A program made the translations under genes and the position numbers. Source: Gaiellaceae bacterium (lineage in GTDB: Bacteria; Actinomycetota; Thermoleophilia; Gaiellales; Gaiellaceae). From it: a DNA stretch of 50,171 nt. This document shows, one piece after another, positions 8,685-16,401 of this stretch. The stretch covers positions 1 through 50,171 of the forward strand of contig DATHGN010000086.1 in assembly GCA_035317565.1 (NCBI GenBank), given 5' to 3'. Position 1 is the first letter of the stretch. Each line of letters begins with the position of its first letter. The notes under the pieces were generated by a model. The model saw nothing but the letters and a program-made list of their open reading frames with translations. It was not told the origin of the DNA and did no database searches.

Positions 8685-10256
8685 ATGCACGCCACTGTTG
8701 CAACCAAGACATCTGTGCCCGAAGCGATCACTACCCCGTCGAGCGTGAAGGCCGGGATCGGGAAGCTGGAGTTCACCGACGGCTACCCGAACGGTAAGAC
8801 CGCGGAGAAGCTGCGTGACCACCTGGACTACCTGCACGGCGTCGAGACGTTCATGAACACCATCCAGGGGGTGTCCGTGTTCGCCATCCGGAAGGGGTTC
8901 CAGGACGCCGGCGTCGCGGATGGTGACGTGCTGATCTTCTCCGAGCTGATGGATTCCCGGTCGCTGTTCTTGACCGCGAACGCCGACACGGTCTACTTCT
9001 GGTCCTTTCACGACCTGTCGCAGGGACCACTGGTGTTCGAGACACCGTCCGAAACGCTGGGCCTCTTCAACGACATCTGGTTCCGCTGGATCAGCGACTT
9101 CGGCCTGCCCGGTGCGGACCGCGGCCAGGGCGGGACATACCTGCTGGTCGGCCCCGAGTACGACGGCCCGCTGCCCGAAGGTGACTACTACGTGCGGCAC
9201 TCGCGCGCCAACCACGTGACCTTGATCGGCCGGGCGTTCATCAACGAGAATCCTGGCGCTGACCCCGCCCCCACCGTCGCCCGGATCAAGGAGCAGCTGA
9301 AGATCTATCCCTACGCCGCCGGGGGCGTCGGCAGCAGTATCGGCTCCTACCTGACGGGCAAGGGCCCGCTCGGCCAGGCAGCCAGTCCGCAGAGCCCCCG
9401 GTTCGTGGAGGGGAGCGGTCTGGCGATGAACACCGTCCCGCCCAACGACTTCGGCCACTACGAGATGCTCGACGCCTTGGTGCAGCTTGAGCCGGCCGAG
9501 GCGCTCGACACCGAACTGGCCGGGCAGTTCGCCGCGATCGGCATCGTCAAAAACGAGAAGTTCGCGCCCGACGCTCGGCTGCGCGGGATCCTCGACGATG
9601 CCGTGGCTGTCGGCAACGCCGCGTCCCGGATGCACGGGATGGGTGCGTCCCCGACCGAGGGCTTCCGCTACTACGACGGCGACTCCGCCTGGTGGAACAT
9701 GCTGTTCGTCGGCGGGTTCGAGTTCACCAACCCGCCGCCCGAGATCACTCCGGAAGGCGTCAAGCCCTACCCGAACCAGGGCGCCCGCCGGTTGCACTCA
9801 CGCACCTCGATGTTCTACACCGCCACCGCCATCACCCCCGCCATGTGCATGCGGCTGACCGGCGTCGGGTCGCAGTACTTGATCGCCAACGTGGACGAGA
9901 ACGGCATACCGTTCGACGGCGCGGAGACCTACCGGGTAAGGCTGCCCAAGGACATCCCGGCGGCCCGGTTTTGGTCTCTCAACGTGTACGACAGCCAAAC
10001 CCGCTCCCTGCTGCAGACCGAGCAGCTCTACCCCCGGGCCGGCAGCCAGGAATACCCCTCACCCGCCGCGGCGGCCGAAGACGACGGCTCCACCGTCATC
10101 TACTGCTCGCCCGCCCGGCCCGACGACGTCGCCCCGGGCAACTGGATCCAGACCGATCCCGAGAAGGGCTGGTTCGTCATTCTGCGCTGCTACAGCCCGC
10201 TGCAGCCCTTCTTCGACAAGACCTGGAGGCCGGGCGAGTTCGAGCTGGTGAGCTAA
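8685..10256 (+). CDS. DUF1254/DUF1214 domain protein (divergent paralog)
   Basis: 523 aa. C-terminus WFVILRCYSPLQPFFDKTWRPGEFE. RBS AGGAGG upstream. Confidence 0.85.
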   Translation: MHATVATKTSVPEAITTPSSVKAGIGKLEFTDGYPNGKTAEKLRDHLDYLHGVETFMNTIQGVSVFAIRKGFQDAGVADGDVLIFSELMDSRSLFLTANADTVYFWSFHDLSQGPLVFETPSETLGLFNDIWFRWISDFGLPGADRGQGGTYLLVGPEYDGPLPEGDYYVRHSRANHVTLIGRAFINENPGADPAPTVARIKEQLKIYPYAAGGVGSSIGSYLTGKGPLGQAASPQSPRFVEGSGLAMNTVPPNDFGHYEMLDALVQLEPAEALDTELAGQFAAIGIVKNEKFAPDARLRGILDDAVAVGNAASRMHGMGASPTEGFRYYDGDSAWWNMLFVGGFEFTNPPPEITPEGVKPYPNQGARRLHSRTSMFYTATAITPAMCMRLTGVGSQYLIANVDENGIPFDGAETYRVRLPKDIPAARFWSLNVYDSQTRSLLQTEQLYPRAGSQEYPSPAAAAEDDGSTVIYCSPARPDDVAPGNWIQTDPEKGWFVILRCYSPLQPFFDKTWRPGEFELVS

Positions 10257-10328
10257 CCGCCGGCGCTGAGCCCGAAGAGAAGCCGAGCGCCTGCGCTCGC
10301 TCCGCTCCTCAGGAACCTAGCAAGGTGA

Positions 10329-10550
10329 TCACGCCACGCCTTCCGGGCTGACGCACGCCGCCACGGCCGCTCGAATCGTCGGGTGGAAGTGGCTCCTGCC
10401 GATCGCCTCGGTCACTCCAGCATCTGCGAACTGTTCCTCCATGCGTGTTCGCAGCCGGGCGACGACCAGCGTGATCTCGTCGCGCCGCAGATGCTTCGCC
10501 AGCTGGTCGAGCGCGTCGAGCCCGGTCGAGTCGACGTTTGTGTCGCGTCG
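10329..10550 (-). pseudogene. remnant of a SulP-type STAS domain C-terminus (no start, no transporter body)
   Basis: Minus-strand frame reads ...VDSTGLDALDQLAKHLRRDEITLVVARLRTRMEEQFADAGVTEAIGRSHFHPTIRAAVAACV-stop. An in-frame stop lies at 10593-10595 and there is no start codon. Confidence 0.5.
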
Positions 10551-10551
10551 C

Positions 10552-10728
10552 TCAGGCCAGGACTGTTCTGTCCGAGACCATGTATGCCGCGATCAAGGCC
10601 AGCGGGAAGAAGAGCAGGCTGAGGACGAAAAAGCCGAAGAAGCTGTGTCCCTTACGCGCGGCGACCCGCGCGGGCCAGAAGGCGATCGCAACCCACACGA
10701 TGATGAAGAGAATCGACCACAACCACAT
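10552..10728 (-). CDS. small two-TM membrane protein (58 aa, below track cutoff)
   Basis: MWLWSILFIIVWVAIAFWPARVAARKGHSFFGFFVLSLLFFPLALIAAYMVSDRTVLA. GGAGG lies 9 nt upstream of the ATG. Preceded by box a and a GATAGT hexamer. Confidence 0.55.
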   Translation of the reverse strand: MWLWSILFIIVWVAIAFWPARVAARKGHSFFGFFVLSLLFFPLALIAAYMVSDRTVLA

Positions 10729-10793
10729 TTTGGACCTCCGTCTCGAGGGGCACGCCGTGTCGTTCCAGCCACTATCCCCTTGAGAACGCGCGA

Positions 10794-10817
10794 CTTCGTC
10801 ATACAGATCGCACGATT
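10794..10817 (-). promoter_or_regulatory. dyad box a (read in gene direction: AATCGTGCGATCTGTATGACGAAG), with GATAGT hexamer at 10771-10776
   Basis: One of five related boxes. There are 21 nt between ATGAC and the hexamer. An extra ATGACGAAG half-site lies at 10821-10829. Confidence 0.6.
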
Positions 10818-10869
10818 CTCTTCGTCATGCTGGTGAGACGAGGTCACCAGTGAACGCACGCCGCGTACG

Positions 10870-11205
10870 CTACTCGAGGGCTTGCTCGACGTCGTAGCCG
10901 AGCGCCAGCGCGAGCTTCGGCGCGCTGACGACGGTACGTGCTGCGCCGATCACCGGTGTCACTGCCTCAAGCGTGGCGACGATCTCGTCGCTCGTCGCTC
11001 CGGCCGCGAGGGCGTACGCCACGACACGCTGGAACGAGGCACTTGCTCCGTCGACGGCGACCGTGGCCGCGACGCGAGCGAGTGCCTCCGTCCTCTCGTC
11101 GATGACGTGTGTCGCGAACGAGCTGCCCTCGATGGCTATCGCTTCGAGCAGCGCATCGTCGTGCAGGGCGAGTCGACGCAGGTGCTCCATGTAGTCGGCC
11201 ATCAC
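10870..11205 (-). CDS. carboxymuconolactone decarboxylase (AhpD-like, CMD) family protein
   Basis: 111 aa with the CMD-like pattern ...DERTEALARVAATVAVDG...AGATSDEIVATLEAVTPVIG. Candidate starts are GTG 11205 and ATG 11202. Confidence 0.85.
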   Translation of the reverse strand: MMADYMEHLRRLALHDDALLEAIAIEGSSFATHVIDERTEALARVAATVAVDGASASFQRVVAYALAAGATSDEIVATLEAVTPVIGAARTVVSAPKLALALGYDVEQALE

Positions 11206-11329
11206 GGCGACCGCGGTGCGTCGTTCCGCTCGGACGCGTCGCTCATGATGCCTCCCTTTGTGGGCATGACGGACTAAGTCCCTGCCGATCCGTCTCCTTG
11301 TCCAGGACTATCGGCGCGGAGGCGCCGCT

Positions 11330-11353
11330 CTTCGTCATACAGATCGCATGAAC
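11330..11353 (-). promoter_or_regulatory. dyad box b (GTTCATGCGATCTGTATGACGAAG), with GATAGT hexamer at 11307-11312
   Basis: Same box and the same 21-nt spacing as box a, but otherwise unrelated flanks. Upstream of the CMD gene. Confidence 0.6.
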
Positions 11354-11381
11354 TTCAACGGTCCGCGCGCTTCGCGACCCT

Positions 11382-13655
11382 TTATGCCTCCTCGAAGAGA
11401 TGTGCAAGCGGTGGGAAGATCGAGCTGTCCAGGAGCCCGACTTCGATCGCTCGTTCGATCGCCTGGCTGCGCGACGAAGCGCCGAACTTGCGATAGATGG
11501 AGACGGCTTCGGTCTTCGCGGTGTTGCGGGAGACGAATAGCCTGCTTGCGATTTCGGGAATCGTGAGATGCGTCGCCAGGTATGGGAGCAGCCGGAGTTC
11601 CGCGCCGGTGAGGCTCATCGCCCACGCCCCGGCTGGCCCGGAGGTCGCCGCCACGCGTTCGTGGAGCGCTCGTGCCTCGTCGACGAGTGAGCCGAGCTGC
11701 GGGCGAAGCTCGAGGACTTGCTCGGTCTCGGTGAGCACGGTGCGGGCGGCGCTTGCTTCACCGAGTGCGAGATGCGCGCGGGTGAGCTCTAGCCCGACCT
11801 GGACCGTGAGCCAGGGTAGGCCGTGGTTGAGTAACGGCCGGAGCCGGTGGGCGCGCGCCAGCGCCATGCGAGCATCATCCACGCGGGCCTCGTGTAGTGC
11901 GACGCGTGCGGTCACGACGAACGCAATAGCGCTCGTCGAATACTCACCGAGCCCCGCCTCTTCGAGGAGCGCAAGGGAGGCCTCTGCATAGACTCGGGCG
12001 TCGCCCCAGGCCCCTTGCCCGGCAGCGAGAAGCGCGAGTTGCGCCTGCGCGACGAAAACGTCTTCGAACGCGCCGACCTGCAACCCCTTCTCGACTGTGG
12101 CGGTCAGGTCGTCAGTCGCACGGTCGCTCGCGCCCAGCAACGCATGCGAAATGCCACGAGCCGCGAGCGCCACCGGGATCCAGGCGCTCGCCGGTGAGAG
12201 CTCCTTCAACGCCAACTCGGCGTCCGCGAGTGCCTGCTCGACCCCGTTTGGCATCATGTGCGCCCGCAGCGTGGCGACCCAGGGTTGGATCGTGGCGCTG
12301 CCGTCCGAGAGTGGGATCGTCGACTTCGCCCCGTCGGCGAGAGCGAGCCAGCGCTCGGCGTCCGCGGGGCGCCCTATCAGCACATGAAACCAGGCGCCGT
12401 AAACGGCGAGTGCCGGAAACAGCACCAACTCATCTTCAGTGAACCATTCGAGCCACTCTTCGACCGTTTCCCTTCTACCGTCGTAATACAGAGGAAGGAC
12501 TAGCTCGTCGATCAATCCGGCCACCGCGGAAGTCTCGCCAGCTGCGTGCCCGTAGACAATCGCGGCCTCCAAGAAGTCGTTGTCGACGCACCAAGCCATC
12601 GCTCGACGGTTGAGCTCGGCCACCAGATCCGGCTCGCTGCGCTCGAGCTCGTTGCGGAGCAACTGGCCGAACAGATGGTGGTAGCGGTACCACTCGAGAT
12701 GCCGGTCGAGCGGCACGACGAAGCAGTTCGCACGTTCGAGTGCTTCCAGCGTGCGAGCCGATCCGGTCGCCTGGAGCACAGCGTCGCACAAGCCGCCGCA
12801 CATCCGATCCAGGATCGAGGTGTACTTGAGGAACCTGGCCTCCGCTTCTGGCAACCGGGAGAGCAGCTCGAGGCGAAGGTACTCGGACACGAACCGGTCG
12901 TCGCCGTCAAAATCCCCGACGCCTGCCGTGCTCGTGGCCCCGGCCTGCAGCGACAACGCTGCGAGGTACAAGCCGGCGGGCCAGCCCTCCGTTCGCTCGG
13001 TCAGTTCGATGACTTCGGCTTCGTCGAGCTCGACTCCTGCAACTCTGAGTAGGTGGTCCGCTTCCTGCTCGTCCATGCGGAGGTCGACGACACCGATCTC
13101 GTCCACTTGTCCCTCCGTTCGCCAGCGTGCAAGCGGCAGCGCCGGCTCCTCTCTGCTCGCGATTGCGATTTGCGAGCCCGCCGGGACGTACCTGAGCAGC
13201 GCCTCGAGCGCATCCAGGCAGGACTGATTGTCGACGGTGTGCAGATCGTCGAGTACGAGCACAACCGCACTCTCGAGCCCAGCTAGCGCACGGCCGACGC
13301 GTGGGACGCGAGTCGCCCAGTTAGACGTCGCCCGTCCTGACAACGACTCGAAGACGTCAGGAGGAAGTGGCGCGATGCCGTGGATCGCGGCTGCGATGTA
13401 GCGCATGAACATCAGGTCGTCATCGTCTTGCCCGTCGAGGGCAACCCACGCGAACGAGCGCGAGTCCGCCTCGGCCCAATGGGCAAGCAGGGTGGTCTTG
13501 CCGTACCCGGCAGGCGCGATCACGGTCACCAGCGGTGATCGCGACGCGCACAGCCGTGCGATCGCGCTCGCTTTCGCGACTGTGCCCGGCCGGCGAAACG
13601 GGGCGGCCAGCTTGGCGTCCACGAGGTCGAAAGGAGCTTCCGCGAGCGTCACCAC
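11382..13655 (-). CDS. large ATP-binding LuxR-family regulator (LAL/MalT-like)
   Basis: 757 aa. N-terminal P-loop APAGYGKTTLL, a long TPR-like middle region, and a C-terminal LuxR HTH LTGAELRLLPYLATHLTIPEIASRLFVSRNTAKTEAVSIYRKFG. Confidence 0.9.
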   Translation of the reverse strand: MVTLAEAPFDLVDAKLAAPFRRPGTVAKASAIARLCASRSPLVTVIAPAGYGKTTLLAHWAEADSRSFAWVALDGQDDDDLMFMRYIAAAIHGIAPLPPDVFESLSGRATSNWATRVPRVGRALAGLESAVVLVLDDLHTVDNQSCLDALEALLRYVPAGSQIAIASREEPALPLARWRTEGQVDEIGVVDLRMDEQEADHLLRVAGVELDEAEVIELTERTEGWPAGLYLAALSLQAGATSTAGVGDFDGDDRFVSEYLRLELLSRLPEAEARFLKYTSILDRMCGGLCDAVLQATGSARTLEALERANCFVVPLDRHLEWYRYHHLFGQLLRNELERSEPDLVAELNRRAMAWCVDNDFLEAAIVYGHAAGETSAVAGLIDELVLPLYYDGRRETVEEWLEWFTEDELVLFPALAVYGAWFHVLIGRPADAERWLALADGAKSTIPLSDGSATIQPWVATLRAHMMPNGVEQALADAELALKELSPASAWIPVALAARGISHALLGASDRATDDLTATVEKGLQVGAFEDVFVAQAQLALLAAGQGAWGDARVYAEASLALLEEAGLGEYSTSAIAFVVTARVALHEARVDDARMALARAHRLRPLLNHGLPWLTVQVGLELTRAHLALGEASAARTVLTETEQVLELRPQLGSLVDEARALHERVAATSGPAGAWAMSLTGAELRLLPYLATHLTIPEIASRLFVSRNTAKTEAVSIYRKFGASSRSQAIERAIEVGLLDSSIFPPLAHLFEEA

Positions 13656-13684
13656 TGGATGCTACGACGGTCCCGGAGGGCTTT

Positions 13685-13708
13685 ATTTCATGCGATCGGC
13701 ATGACCAG
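13685..13708. promoter_or_regulatory. dyad box e (ATTTCATGCGATCGGCATGACCAG), 30 nt upstream of the LAL start codon
   Basis: Best dyad of the five (TCATGC-N5-GCATGA). No ATAGT hexamer at the conserved spacing. Lies between the divergent LAL and DedA genes. Confidence 0.5.
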
Positions 13709-14091
13709 AGCGAATTTGCGGACGGCAGACACCGTGAGCGTCCGACGGCGGCGAGGGACGTGGGACAGCCCGGGAAGCCCCAAACGGGGGTCGACGGTTC
13801 GAGTCCGTACGGAGGGGCTTCCTATTTCTTCCTGCCTAACGGCGGGCTTTTGCTTCGGCCATCGAGGATGGTCCCGGACGGGATCGTCATCGGCCAAGCG
13901 GCGATCTCGCGAACGAAGCTCGCTCCCAGAACCGTCTGCGGCAACGCCACCTTGACCATGCTGCCCGAGGGATGCATCGGAACGGACCGCCTACGACGGC
14001 CGGCAGCGGGGCGCAAATCTCATCCAGAGAGTATGAGGTGCGAGCAACCCTCAAAGTGTTCGATGGACGCCGCGATGGACGAAGGCCGGCA

Positions 14092-14856
14092 ATGAACGAC
14101 GAGGTCCATACATCCGAGAGTCGGCATCACCTGCCGAGCCTACGCAAGCTCATCTACATCGCCCTTGGCGCGCTCGCTCTTCTGTGGGTCGTGCCGGATA
14201 TCGTCGCGGCGCTCGGCTCGATCGACATCCAAGGCGTCGAGCGCCCTTACCTCCTCACATTCCTGTTTGTCTGGTGGGACGCCGTCGTTCCCGTCTTCCC
14301 GAGCGAGTCGCTGCTGAACACGGGTGCGACGCTGATCGCGTCCGGAGACCTGGATCTCAAGCTCTGGCTGCTGATCCTCGTGGGCGCATCCGGCGCGATC
14401 ATCGGCGACAGCACCCTCTACTGGCTCGCGAGGACGGTTGGTCGCAAGCACCTGGCGGCCAAGCTGGAGAAAGCAAAGGAAAACCCCAAGGTCAGCACCG
14501 CGTTCAAGGTGCTCGGCACAAGCGCCCCCCTGGTGATAGTCGCCGGCCGGTTCGTGCCCGGGATGCGGTTCGTGATCGGGGTGACGATGGGCCTGGAACG
14601 CTATCCGTACGCCCGATTTCTCTCGTTCTCGATGCTCGGCGGCTTCCTCTGGGCGGCCTTCAACTGCGGGTTCTCCTACCTCATTGGCTCGACCAGGCTC
14701 GGCGAGTACTCAGTGCTCTCGCTTCTCACATCAGCGGCAGTCACCGGGGGCATTCTCGCCGTCCTCTACAAATCCCTGAAGCGCAGCTATGAGGAGCAGA
14801 ATCAGACAGCAAGCTCCCAGCCGAAGTCCGTCGGGCTGGCCGATCACCCTGCTTGA
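14092..14856 (+). CDS. DedA/VTT family membrane protein
   Basis: Start trimmed to MNDEVHTSE. DedA-like motifs: PVFPSESLL, GDSTLYWLAR, GRFVPGMR. Confidence 0.85.
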   Translation: MNDEVHTSESRHHLPSLRKLIYIALGALALLWVVPDIVAALGSIDIQGVERPYLLTFLFVWWDAVVPVFPSESLLNTGATLIASGDLDLKLWLLILVGASGAIIGDSTLYWLARTVGRKHLAAKLEKAKENPKVSTAFKVLGTSAPLVIVAGRFVPGMRFVIGVTMGLERYPYARFLSFSMLGGFLWAAFNCGFSYLIGSTRLGEYSVLSLLTSAAVTGGILAVLYKSLKRSYEEQNQTASSQPKSVGLADHPA

Positions 14857-14897
14857 GCAACCCGGTGCTCGCAAGGTAACTGGGTTAGCGCGACAAG

Positions 14898-14990
14898 GTG
14901 ACACCGATGATCGGCGCAGCGCGTACCGTCGTTAGCGCACCGAAGCTCGCGCCGGCGCTCGGCTACGACGTCGAGCAAGCCCTCGAGTAG
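14898..14990 (+). pseudogene. fragment of a CMD-family gene (last 30 codons plus stop only)
   Basis: VTPMIGAARTVVSAPKLAPALGYDVEQALE-stop. 88/93 nt identical to the reverse complement of 10870-10962. An in-frame stop lies at 14886-14888. Confidence 0.75.
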
Positions 14991-15031
14991 CTCAGACTGC
15001 ACGCGTTCACCGGTGACCTCGTCTCACCGGC

Positions 15032-15075
15032 TTGACGAATAGTCGCGGCCCGATTTATCACCCGAATCGGGTGAT
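15032..15075 (+). promoter_or_regulatory. candidate promoter (TTGACG-N17-TTATCA) overlapped by a 19-bp perfect palindrome ATCACCCGAATCGGGTGAT (15057-15075)
   Basis: Read directly from the sequence, 64 nt upstream of ATG 15139. Confidence 0.5.
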
Positions 15076-15138
15076 GTTCCATTGCGTCCGACACGCCACT
15101 GTCACGAGCGATCGGTCTTCGGAAAAGGAGCAACTTCG

Positions 15139-15579
15139 ATGGCATCACCAGCGATAACAGAAGACAGGGCAGTCGCATCGTCAGACTCGTGGACCGGGTG
15201 GATCGTCTTCGCCGGGTTCGTGCTGATCATCGTCGGCGCCATCGACGCGCTGCAGGGTCTCGTCGCGATCGTCAAGGACGACTACGTTGTGGCAACGCCG
15301 AAGGGCGTCGCGATCGTCGATGTGACTGCATGGGGTTGGGCGACGCTGATCTGGGGCGTGGTGCTCGTCCTCGCCGGCCTAGGATTGCTCGGCGGGGCCG
15401 GCTGGGCGCGCTGGCTCGCCATCATCGGCGTGGCCGTCAATGCGATCGGACAGATGGCATTCATGGCGAACTACCCGCAGGCGTATCCGCTCTGGAACAT
15501 CCTGATCGTCGCTCTCAACATCGTCGTGCTGTACGCGTTGACCGCGCACTGGCGTGGCTTCAAGAACTCTCTCGCCTGA
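15139..15579 (+). CDS. four-TM membrane protein of unknown function (146 aa)
   Basis: RBS AAGGAG lies 8 nt upstream of ATG 15139. Sequence: SWTGWIVFAGFVLIIVGAIDALQG...WARWLAIIGVAVNAIGQMAFM. Confidence 0.7.
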   Translation: MASPAITEDRAVASSDSWTGWIVFAGFVLIIVGAIDALQGLVAIVKDDYVVATPKGVAIVDVTAWGWATLIWGVVLVLAGLGLLGGAGWARWLAIIGVAVNAIGQMAFMANYPQAYPLWNILIVALNIVVLYALTAHWRGFKNSLA

Positions 15580-15643
15580 TTCAGGACTCCGACGCCGATC
15601 GAGGGACGCGGCTCGTCCGTGTCCCTCGATCCGCGGCTCCGAA

Positions 15644-15667
15644 ATTCGTGCGATCCATATGACGAAG
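15644..15667 (+). promoter_or_regulatory. dyad box c (ATTCGTGCGATCCATATGACGAAG), with GATAGT hexamer at 15686-15691; orphan copy
   Basis: Box, hexamer and ~35 nt of leader are homologous to the box a module, but no ORF follows. Points into the 3' end of the convergent GFA gene. Confidence 0.55.
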
Positions 15668-15752
15668 TCGGGCCGTTCTCGGACCGATAGTCGCTCGAAC
15701 GACACCGCGTACACCTCGAAGCACCTCGAGGCGCTCGCGCGTCATTCGTTGG

Positions 15753-16220
15753 TCACGCTCGTGTCCCGCCTTGTGATGTTCCATCGTGGTCATGATGCCC
15801 CCCCGGCATCGGAAGATCCGAGGGGTTCATCGACCACGGATGCCCGTAGGCTTCGAAGCCGGAAATCATTGGCGGCGGAAACGTCGGGTCGGTGAAGGCG
15901 CCCACCGCGACCCCTACGATGTCCGAAGCGTTGGAGATCTCCCAGTACACGGTCGAACCGCACTCAGGGCAGAAGTGATACGTGCCCCCCATGCTGTCGC
16001 ATCGACTGGCCGGCTTCCCGCTGTCGCTCGGAACCGTCCACGTCGTCGATTGGCCTTCTATCGTCAGGTGCTCGATCGGAAGTCGCGCTTGTACGCTAAG
16101 CACGCTGCCCGTCCGCCTCTGGCAGTCGTAGCACTGGCACAGGGATATGCGCTCTGGGTCGGGCCCTTCGTAGGTAACGGTGAGCTTTCCGCAATTGCAC
16201 GAAGCCTTACGGGTGGCCAT
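15753..16220 (-). CDS. GFA (glutathione-dependent formaldehyde-activating enzyme) family Cys-rich zinc protein
   Basis: SCNCGKLTV...LCQCYDCQRRTGS...FCPECGSTVYW. RBS AGGAGGAG upstream. Confidence 0.85.
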   Translation of the reverse strand: MATRKASCNCGKLTVTYEGPDPERISLCQCYDCQRRTGSVLSVQARLPIEHLTIEGQSTTWTVPSDSGKPASRCDSMGGTYHFCPECGSTVYWEISNASDIVGVAVGAFTDPTFPPPMISGFEAYGHPWSMNPSDLPMPGGHHDHDGTSQGGTRA

Positions 16221-16401
16221 TTCTCCTCCTGTTCGTTGCGACCACGATCATGGCGTTGTCCTCACGGCTTCGATCTCGTTCGGAGTTCGAACGAATCTCC
16301 CTAGAAACGGACACTGGATCAGGTCTCCGTACGCTCTACTTCGCCGCGCACGAATCGCTTTGTTGAGATCTGCACTGACTATGGCCGGAGGTGCGCCTGC
16401 C

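Noticed and set aside
13740-13822. A tRNA or tmRNA gene containing the GGTTCGAGTCC T-loop-like motif
   Set aside because: The T-stem is only 4 bp, no D arm or anticodon arm could be drawn, and the closing 9-bp helix is not an acceptor stem. It is kept only as a low-confidence structured element.
15554-15895. 113-aa plus-strand ORF downstream of box c
   Set aside because: It is Arg/Ser-rich, has no SD sequence, and is antisense to the GFA gene 3' end. The duplicated promoter module appears to be orphaned.
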